From the NCBI GenBank assembly GCA_965237955.1, contig OZ250169.1, positions 6,144,001-6,208,000 of the forward strand: a stretch of DNA of 64,000 bases, given 5' to 3'. The notes below the pieces were generated by a model that saw only the letters and a list, made by a program, of their open reading frames with translations, did no database searches and was not told the DNA's origin. The translations under genes and the position numbers were made by a program. Each line of letters starts with the position of its first letter. Position 1 is the first letter of the stretch. Positions 19,709-27,894 of this stretch are shown here, in pieces. The stretch is from Candidatus Marinacidobacterales bacterium. GTDB taxonomy: Bacteria > Acidobacteriota > Vicinamibacteria > Marinacidobacterales > SMYC01.

Positions 19709-20405
19709 AGAGCGCCGCTTCTTCGTACCCGACCTCGGCGCATCGAGCATCGAGCTTACCGACGAAGAGGCGCATCACCTGACCCACGTCCTTCGCCTTG
19801 GCGAAGGTGATACCGTGGCGCTGTTCGATGGCAAGGGCCACGCCGCAAACGCGACTGTTGCTCGCATCGATGGCGGTGTCGTCGAGCTCGAAGTCCGCGA
19901 CCGCGTACTTGCGAACGAGTCGCCTCTCGCGCTCACGCTCGCCGTTGCCGTGCCCAAAGGCGATACGATGTCGCTCATCGTTCAAAAGCTCACCGAGCTC
20001 GGCGTCGCCACGATTCAGCCCCTTCTCAGCGACAATAGTGAGATGCCCGGCGACGCGGTGATGAAGCGCATCGAGCGCTGGCAGCGTGTTTCCCTCGAAG
20101 CCGCCAAGCAGTGCGGCCGAAGCCAACTACCGTGCATCGAGAACCCCAAACCCTTCGAAGCTCTCGCGCGTCCCGACACGATGGTTCTGACACCCGGCGC
20201 TCCCCCACTGGTATCGTCGGAGAAACTCTCCGCGAACCCAGTCGTGCTGGTTGGCCCCGAAGGTGGCTGGTCGGCACCCGAGCTCCATCTCGCCAACAAT
20301 CGTGAGCTGACCGTCTTCGGCCTAGGCCCGAGAACGATGAGAACTGAAACCGCCGCCATCGCCGCCGCCACATTGATGCAGTGGCTGGCCGGAGACCTTC
20401 GCTAG
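19701..20405 (+). CDS. rsmE: 16S rRNA m3U1498 methyltransferase RsmE
   Basis: HHLTHVLRL, QKLTELGV, EAAKQCGR, VGPEGGW, LGPRTMRTETAA. Confidence 0.95.
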   Translation: MGRERRFFVPDLGASSIELTDEEAHHLTHVLRLGEGDTVALFDGKGHAANATVARIDGGVVELEVRDRVLANESPLALTLAVAVPKGDTMSLIVQKLTELGVATIQPLLSDNSEMPGDAVMKRIERWQRVSLEAAKQCGRSQLPCIENPKPFEALARPDTMVLTPGAPPLVSSEKLSANPVVLVGPEGGWSAPELHLANNRELTVFGLGPRTMRTETAAIAAATLMQWLAGDLR

Positions 20406-20580
20406 CGCAACCCTCCACGAGAAACAAGTCCGAGTATTTTCGAGAAAAAGTGTAGTAGTAGGACTCGCCGTCGTCGGAGATCTGGATCGCGTAAATTTCG
20501 GAGAGACCCGTGGTATCGGAGGGAGTGATTACTTTCCAAAGCTCTCGGCGTCCCGTCTCGATCTCGACACGAAACGGAAT
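20402..20580 (-). pseudogene. C-terminal remnant of a beta-propeller protein of the type found on acidobacterial Ser/Thr kinases
   Basis: RVEIETGRRELWKVITPSDTTGL...ISDDGESYYYTFSRKYSDLFLVEG(L)R*, recognised from memory of kinase-TolB-like C-termini; no upstream body. Confidence 0.55.
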
Positions 20581-20820
20581 CCATGGCCCGGACGGCTGCC
20601 CTTCATCTCGCGGGACCCAAAATGGCGTCTCGAACCATCCGCCTTGCCACGTCTCCTGCTGTTGCTTGGGGAGAAGCCCTGGGAACGGATTCGATGGCGT
20701 CACCGGCAGATGCTATCAAGGCATGCCACCTTTTTCGATCTGGAAAAAGTAGCATCCACGTTTCACTTACTAATGTAGGCTCGGTATGCCCCGTGTGAAG
20801 CAAAGGATTCAACGACGGAC

Positions 20821-22713
20821 ATGATCGCCTCACTCCGAACAGATCGTCCCGACCCCGAGCTTCTCGGAGGAAAAGGAGCCCACCTCGCTCGTCTCTCGAG
20901 CGCCGGTTTTCCCGTGCCTTCGGGATTCGTGGTGATCACGGACGCGTACCGCGCGTTCGTCGAGAGCCATGAGCTGGACGACTGGCTCGAGAAGCTCTCT
21001 CGCGCCGAGAGCTCCGAGGTAATCGAAAGCGCCGTCAAGCAACGTTTTGCCGATGCGCGGATTCCCGAAACCGTTGCGCAGTTCATTCGAGACGCCTACG
21101 GCGAGATGGGCAGTCCCCCCGTAGCGGTCCGCTCGTCGGCCAACGCGGAGGATCTACCCGATCTTTCGTTCGCCGGCCAGTACGAATCTTTCTTGAACGT
21201 GTCGGGCGAGGACGACGTGCTCGAGCGTGTCATGACGTGTTTGGGCGAGCTTGTGGACGGCCCGGGCGATCGCCTATCGCCGCACCCACGGGCTTTCGAA
21301 CGCTTCGGTCTACATGGCTGTCGTCATCCAAAAGATGGTTCCGAGTGAAGTCGCGGGCGTCTTGTTCACGGCGAACCCCGTGAACGGTAAACGCACGGAA
21401 ATGGTCGTGGAAGCCGCGGCCGGATTGGGCGATGCTCTCGTTTCTGGAAGAGTGGCGCCCGAGCGCTACCTGCTCGAAGGTGCAACCGGCGCCGTCCTGG
21501 AGCGGCAGGGCGCCGCCGCCGTCGCACTCTCCGACGCCTCGGTTGAAGAGCTCGCTCACCTTGGACGCCGCGTCGCCGAGCTCTTCGACGTACCGCAAGA
21601 CATCGAGTGGGCATTTGCAGAAGGTCGCATTCATCTCGTGCAGTCCCGCTCCATCACCTCGCTCTATCCCCTCCTTGAAGGCCTCTCACCGGACGGAGCG
21701 CTGCACGTTCTTTTCTCGTTCGGAGCCGTGCAAGGGATGCTCGATCCCATCACGCCTCTCGGACGAGACACGTTGTACTCGGTGTTCGCCGGAGGCGCCC
21801 AATGTCTCGGGCTCGACGTGAATCGCGACAGCCAACGTGCTCTGTTCACGGCGGGCGAGCGCATCTTCGTCAACGTGACGCCTATCCTTCGAAGCCCGAT
21901 CGGCCGGCGCGTGTTCCGGAGGGCCTTCGCCATGATCGAGCCGAGCGTCACCGCCTCCGCCGCGAAGCTCGTGCGCGACCCGCGCCTCGGTTCTCACTTA
22001 CCTCGTTTCATCAGCGTGGCGCGGCTCCTGCGCGTTCTGGTACCGCTCGCCGTCCGTGTTCTCTTGGCGGTCGCTCGACCGGAAAGGAGGCGCCGGACCA
22101 TCACCCGAACATGCGAGAAAGCCCGAAGTTTTTCGTGATACGTCTTATGGGAGACGTGCGGGGGGCTTTGCTCGACTCCGGCAAGGAGCTCGTCGAGGCT
22201 TCAAGGCTCGACGCTCCAGAGGATGTGTTCTTTCTGAGATTCACGGAGCTTTCTTCTGACGCCGATTGGCACGATACCGTGCGCACGAGAGGACGCGCCT
22301 ACGAGCACGAGCAACATCGACGCCAGATCCCGCGGGTCCTGACGAGCGAGGGCGAAGCCTTCTACGAATCTGGACCCGCCGTGAGCGACGAGGACAACGT
22401 CCTGGTCGGAGCTCCCGTATCACCCGGCATCGCCGAAGGCCGGGTGCACGTCGTGCTGCGACCGGAAGGGGCGACGCTCGCGCCTGGCGACATACTCGTC
22501 TGCCCGGGGACGGATCCCGCCTGGACGCCGCTATTTCTTGTCGCCGGCGCTCTCGTGACCGAAGTCGGTGGCATGATGACGCACGGCTCCGTCGTCGCGC
22601 GAGAGTACGGCATCCCCGCCGTCGTCGGCGTCCACGAAGCCACGACGAGACTCGTATCCGGCCAGCGCGTGCGCGTCGACGGCACGTCGGGCCGCGTCGT
22701 GCTCCTCGACTAG
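20821..22713 (+). pseudogene. PEP-utilising enzyme / rifamycin phosphotransferase (Rph)-like gene with a frameshift and internal deletion
   Basis: GGKG..L, VAVRSSA..ED....SFAGQY, PQDIEWA, QSR.IT; RESPKF; C-terminal swivel domain TDPAWTPLF..GGMMTHGSVVAREYGIP. Frameshift near 21241; frame break with missing middle near 22110. Confidence 0.8.
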
Positions 22714-22793
22714 GACAGGATCAAGTCGGGCGCCGGGTGTGAGCTGATGCAGAACCCGATTGGAGAATCCACACCGAGACAACCCACGAGTCC

Positions 22794-23051
22794 ATGTCGA
22801 GTGCTCTTGATGAGTACCGTCCTATCCATCTTCGCGTCGCTTCGACGGCGGAAGACAAGATCCTCGCCCGTTGCTACGATTCTGGATTCGCCGAGGCAAA
22901 GGGAAACTACAACGGTATCTCCACCGCGAGCGACACCAAGGTCTACTACGTGCTGTCCACCGACTCGTTGGACACTGGCGCCCAAATGTTCGTCTTCGAT
23001 CCCCGCTCCGAAACAATCGAGCACGTCGGCGATCCTAGACCTAGAGAATGA
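22794..23051 (+). pseudogene. N-terminal fragment of a conserved hypothetical (beta-propeller-like) protein
   Basis: ARCYDSGF....NYNGISTASD.KVYYVLS....GAQMFVFDP....IEHVGD reads as real coding sequence but stops abruptly. Confidence 0.45.
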
Positions 23052-23280
23052 CCATCGCGGGCACGCGCCTCGTGGCAACCTCTGCGATCCGCGTGATGCC
23101 GCCAAAGATCACGCTCCCTGACAAACCCGCAAGGATGACACCCGCGATGAAGTCGAACCAAAAGTGGCAAAGTGGCGGCTGAGGTGGGCTCTTAGCTCGG
23201 CGATACCTACCGTGGTAATGGACGGATCATCGTCGGCGTCATCAGTGGTCACAATGTCAAAGCTACCATCCGGCGATGGG

Positions 23281-24370
23281 CTACGACCCCTGGGGCAGCC
23301 GCCGGCTCGCGAACAGGCCCACGAGCATGATCGTCGCGGTCCCGAACACGATGATCAGGTAGTTGTGGGATCGCGGCGATCAGCAGGCCTCGAAGACCCG
23401 ACGGGAGCTGAGTGGCGATGAAATACGGGAACACTCGGTCGGCCTGGTACTCGGAGCGGAGCAGCTCGGGCTGGACCGTGTAGAACACGAATAGCGTCGT
23501 GCCAATCAGGAAGAAGATCGCGGAGAGCGGCAGGTAGGAGAGCGCGCCGAGCCAGACGCTCTTGCGGGCTTCCGCGGTGGAGCTCGAAGCAATGTAGCGC
23601 TGGACGAAGTTCTGGTCGATGCAGAAGTTCTGGAGGTTGATCACGATCCCGAAGACAAGGACCACCCAGAAGGTCTGCTCGGCGAGGCTGGCGCCGAAGC
23701 TGCCGAGGCTGAACTTCCCCTGAGCGGCCGCGACGTCGAAGAGCTGGCCCGGCCCCTCGAGCAGCCCGAGGAGCATCAGCAGCAGGCAGGTCAGCGCCCC
23801 GACGCTGAGCACGATCGTCTGGATGGCGTCGTTCCAGATCACCGCGACGATCCCGCCTACGAAAGAGTAGAGCGTCACAGAGACTCCGGTCACCACGATG
23901 ATCCAGCGGATGTCCCAGCCGAGTAGCACCTCGATCGGCAGCGCCATCAGGTACGTTACGGTTCCGATGCGTGCGAGCTGGGTCAACAAGTAGCACGAGC
24001 TTGCGTAGAGGCGCGCCCAGGTGCCGAAGCGATGCTCCAAGTGGCTGTAGGCGGAGATTTCGGTGCTCTCCCGGTAGTACGGAACGACCCAGCGCACTGC
24101 GACCCACGCCGCAAGCGGGAGCGATAGGCTGAACACGAAGCCGTTCCAGTTCGAAGCGTAGGCGCTTCCGGGAAGCGCCAGGAAACTGATGCTGCTCACG
24201 TAGGTCGCGAGAATCGACATCCCCGTGACCCAGCCCGGCAGAGCGCGTCCCGCCGCCGTGAAGCCCTCGCGCGAGCGGGTGCGCGGGTAGAAGTAGAACC
24301 CGACACCCATGGCCAGGGCGAAGTAGACGCCCAGGACGAGCAGATCCGGACCGCTCAGGTGCTCGGACAT
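23281..24370 (-). pseudogene. Sodium:solute symporter (SSS) with out-of-frame internal deletion
   Basis: SILATYVSSISFLALPG, SAYSHLEHRFG, GGI.AVIWNDAIQ, IDQNFVQRY; breaks after GLLIAAI (near 23368) and resumes in another frame as the terminal helix HNYLIIVFGTATIMLVGLFASRRLPQGS*. Confidence 0.85.
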
Positions 24371-24466
24371 GCGCGGGTCTATTCCATTTCAAGTGTCCGG
24401 AAGGTCCGGATGGCAACGACGTGATTGGCGACAAACGGCAACATTAGTCTCATCTTCGTCGATGTC

Positions 24467-25050
24467 ATGAAATATAAAATGGGTGACTGTCACCTCGAGG
24501 CGAAAACCAAGTATCTCACCCTCGACTTGCCGGAGAGCAACGACATCCTCGACGATACCGAGGCGCTCCGGGAGCGAATGCAAAACGACGGCCATCTGCT
24601 GATTCGTGGATTGCACGATGCCGAGGAAGTTTTGCAAGCGCGACGCGACATTCTCCAGATCATGGCCGATGAACGCAAGCTCGATCCAAATGCACCGCTG
24701 ATCGAGGGCGTCACCAATCTCGATCGCGAAGAAGTCGCCAGCTCGTCGGTCCGTGGTCGCGAGCATCTCAAAACCGACTCGCTGAAGCGCGTCGTCTGCG
24801 GCAAGCGCATTATGAAGTTTTTCGATCGGTTCCTCGGCGGCGAATCGCTCAGCTACAATTTTCAGTGGCTGCGCACGGCAGGCCCCGGCGCTGGTACGAC
24901 GACCCACTACGACGTCGTTTACACATGGGCAGCTGTACGCAGAACCTGTACACATGCTGGACGCCGATCGGCACCGTCACTCCCGAGATGGGACCGCTGG
25001 TCCTCTGCCTCGGCTCGAACCAATGGCGGGAAGTGATCGACACCTCCTAT
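24467..25050 (+). pseudogene. PhyH-family Fe(II)/2-oxoglutarate dioxygenase, frameshifted and 3'-truncated
   Basis: DGHLLIRGL, WLR..GPG.GT..HYDVVY|MG...NLYTCWTPIG.V..EMGPLV (HxD motif); no distal His-containing C-terminus before the convergent kinase. Confidence 0.75.
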
Positions 25051-25057
25051 GAATGTA

Positions 25058-25996
25058 CTACTGTTTTTCGTTGCAGAAAGGACAGGTTGCGGACCGGGCG
25101 TGGAGCGGCTTGCGGCAGTTCCAACAAAAACCCGCGGACGATTTCTCCCTCGCTCTCAATCGAAGCCGGATGTCGTCGCGCCGAGCCGAACGGTGGTCGA
25201 TCTCGCTCGCCGTGCCGAGATCATCCAAGAGCTCGCCCGCGCGCTGGTAACGAGCCGAAATCTCGGGCGACAACGCTTTGATAATGATCTCTTCGACTTC
25301 GACGGGTATGGCCTTGTTGCGCTCTCGTGGGCGCACGAGTCGGCCCGATCGCGCCATTTTCTCGAGTTGACGGGGGTTGGCACTGAAATACGGGAGAACG
25401 CCGGTCATCATTTCGTACATGACGACGCCGATGGAATAGACGTCGGAGGCGAACATCGCGCGGCCTTGAAACTGCTCGGGCGCCATGTACGGTGGACTAC
25501 CAATAATCGTCGAGGCTTGGTCTGCGACTTCGAGAAATCTCGACGTGCCGAAATCCGTGATTTTGATTCGGCCTCGAGGCGTGACCAGCATGTTCCCGGG
25601 TCGCAGGTCACGATGCAGCACGCTCTGTTCGTGAGCATACTCGACACCCGTCGCGATCTGCCGCGAAAAATTGATGGCGGTCTCGAGCTCTAGCCTCTTC
25701 CCATGTTGGATCATCGCTTCGAGGCTCTCGCCTTCGACGAACTCCATGACGATGAAGAAGTAATCGTCCGCCTTCTCGGCGGTGACGATGCTGACGATGT
25801 TCTCGTGGTCGAGCGCCGCCAGCAAACGGGGCTCGTGCAGGAGCTCGTCGAACTCCCCGTTTTGCTTGTGAGGAACTTTGATGGCGACCTTCTTGTCAAT
25901 CCAGGTGTCGCGGACCAGATAGACCGTGCCGAATCCCCCGCTCCCGAGGGTCTTTTGGATTTCGTATTTGCCGAGCGTCTGGCCTAGCAGGAACAT
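25058..25996 (-). CDS. Cytoplasmic Hanks-type protein kinase with C-terminal zinc ribbon
   Basis: GSGGFG, VAIK, HRDLRPGN, DFG, GSPPYMAPE, SDVYSIG; CWNC..CPFC tail; no TM. Confidence 0.93.
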   Translation of the reverse strand: MFLLGQTLGKYEIQKTLGSGGFGTVYLVRDTWIDKKVAIKVPHKQNGEFDELLHEPRLLAALDHENIVSIVTAEKADDYFFIVMEFVEGESLEAMIQHGKRLELETAINFSRQIATGVEYAHEQSVLHRDLRPGNMLVTPRGRIKITDFGTSRFLEVADQASTIIGSPPYMAPEQFQGRAMFASDVYSIGVVMYEMMTGVLPYFSANPRQLEKMARSGRLVRPRERNKAIPVEVEEIIIKALSPEISARYQRAGELLDDLGTASEIDHRSARRDDIRLRLRAREKSSAGFCWNCRKPLHARSATCPFCNEKQ

Positions 25997-26039
25997 GTTG
26001 GACGGGTTGAGAGTATATCATTAGCTATCAGCCTATGTG

Positions 26040-26068
26040 TTGACAACACAAGGGTTTTTGCCTACCAT
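26040..26068 (+). promoter_or_regulatory. Putative sigma70 promoter for pilT-recX-alaS
   Basis: TTGACA (26040-26045) - 17 nt - TACCAT (26063-26068). Confidence 0.6.
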
Positions 26069-26203
26069 TATTCGTTGGGACCTTTTCAGCGCAAAGTGCG
26101 AACCAATCAAAGGATGCGTGGCACGGATGCGCCACTAGCCTGGTCGTAGCGATTCGATCTTTCACGCCGGCCTGAATCGTTCCGGGTCGGAAGGAACAAA
26201 CAT

Positions 26204-27367
26204 ATGCACATCAACGACTTGTTAAAAGTCGCCTCGGAGCGGAAAGCCTCCGATTTGCATTTGGAAGTGGGTAGCCACCCGGTCATTCGTATGGCGGGCG
26301 AGCTGGTACCGCTCGTGGAAATGAAACGGCTCATGCAGGAGGACACCATCGCGATGGCGTTCTCGAGCATGAGTAACCGCCAGAAGCAAAAGTTCAAGGA
26401 TAACCTCAAGATCGATATCGCCTACAGTGTCCCCGGTCTCGGACGTTTCCGTGCGAACGTATTCCAGCAGCGCGGCACGGTCGGGTTGGTCCTTCGTGTC
26501 ATTCCGGTGAAAATCCTCACCATCCGCGAGCTCGGTCTGCCTCTCGTGCTCGAGAAGATCGCCCAGGAAACCCGCGGGCTCCTCCTATGCACGGGAACCA
26601 CGGGTTCGGGTAAGTCCACGACCCTCGCCGCGATGATCGACTACATCAACTCGCATCGCTGCGAGCACATCATGACCATCGAGGATCCGATCGAGTTCCT
26701 CCACCGCGACAAGAAGTCCATCGTCAACCAGCGCGAGGTCGAGGTCGACACCAAGACTTTCGCCGGCGCCCTACGTAGCGCACTCCGCCAGGATCCGGAT
26801 GTCATCCTCGTCGGTGAGATGCGGGACTACGAAACGATCGAGACTGCCATCACCGCTGCGGAAACGGGCCATTTGGTGCTCTCGACACTTCACACGTTGG
26901 ACGCGACCGAGACCATCAACCGTATCATTGCGGTCTTCCCTCCTCACCAGCAGAAGCAGATTCGTCTCCAGCTCTCCGGTGTTTTGAAGGCCGTGGTCTC
27001 GATGCGCCTGATCCCGCGTGCGGACGGCCATGGCCGTGTGCCGGCTGTCGAAGTGATGATTGCGACACCGTTCATCCGCGACTGCATCATCAACAAAGAC
27101 AAGACCAAGCTGATCCACGAAGCCATCGCCGCCGGCGTGTCGCAATACGGGATGCAGACCTTCGACCAGTCCATCTTCAACCTCTACAAGAAGGACCTCA
27201 TCACCTACGACGAGGCCTTGCGACGAGCCAGCAACCCGGACGAGTTCAAGCTCAAGATCCAGGGAATTCAATCCACGAGCGACCTCGCTCAGGAGGAGAT
27301 GGAGAAGAGCATGACCGACTTCATGGACGACCGCCCTGGTGGAGGAAGCGAGTTCGAGCTCAGCTAA
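26204..27367 (+). CDS. pilT: Type IV pilus retraction ATPase PilT/PilU family
   Basis: ASDLHL, GRFRANVF.QRG, GTTGSGKSTT, TIEDPIE, ALRQDPDVILVGEMRD, ETGHLV.STLHT, GMQTFDQ. Confidence 0.93.
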   Translation: MHINDLLKVASERKASDLHLEVGSHPVIRMAGELVPLVEMKRLMQEDTIAMAFSSMSNRQKQKFKDNLKIDIAYSVPGLGRFRANVFQQRGTVGLVLRVIPVKILTIRELGLPLVLEKIAQETRGLLLCTGTTGSGKSTTLAAMIDYINSHRCEHIMTIEDPIEFLHRDKKSIVNQREVEVDTKTFAGALRSALRQDPDVILVGEMRDYETIETAITAAETGHLVLSTLHTLDATETINRIIAVFPPHQQKQIRLQLSGVLKAVVSMRLIPRADGHGRVPAVEVMIATPFIRDCIINKDKTKLIHEAIAAGVSQYGMQTFDQSIFNLYKKDLITYDEALRRASNPDEFKLKIQGIQSTSDLAQEEMEKSMTDFMDDRPGGGSEFELS

Positions 27368-27884
27368 CGGCCTCCCGCCGGATCGTCCCCCGCGAAATCA
27401 CGCCAAGCCACGAGATTTCGCACTAGCGGTATTGGCGCGCCGCGCTCATAGCGAGGGTGAGCTTGCCCAGAAGATGACTCGCGCCGGCTACCAAGCCGAC
27501 GAGATCGAACAAACTCTGCAATATCTTCGAGATCGGCGCTACGTAGACGACGCCTCCTTCGCTCGTGACTTCGCCCGGGGGCGCGCCGAGCGCCGGCGTT
27601 GGGGTCCCGCACGCATCGAACAACGGCTTCGTCTCCTCCGACTTTCCGAAAAACACATCGAAGCGGCGCTTTCGGAGACCTTCCCTGATGGCGAGCGCGA
27701 TAACGCCGAGCGTGCTCTCGAGCGGTTCCTCGAGACCGACCGGCGCCCCCTTACTCGTTTATCGGGCGACAAGCGTAAAGCTCGCGCCTACCGCCACCTT
27801 CTCTCGCGCGGTTTCTCGCCCGAAACCGTTCATGAATTGGTAACCGGGCGAGATTTCGACGATACTGAAGAGTTAGAATCGTAG
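27339..27884 (+). CDS. recX: Regulatory protein RecX
   Basis: LARRAHSEGEL, YVDD.SFA, WGP.RI, YRHLLSRGF; upstream of alaS. Confidence 0.88.
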   Translation: MEEASSSSANGLPPDRPPRNHAKPRDFALAVLARRAHSEGELAQKMTRAGYQADEIEQTLQYLRDRRYVDDASFARDFARGRAERRRWGPARIEQRLRLLRLSEKHIEAALSETFPDGERDNAERALERFLETDRRPLTRLSGDKRKARAYRHLLSRGFSPETVHELVTGRDFDDTEELES

Positions 27885-27894
27885 AAACCAAGTC

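Noticed and set aside
20700-20820. Rifamycin-associated element (RAE) upstream of the Rph-like gene
   Set aside because: No matching palindrome seen.
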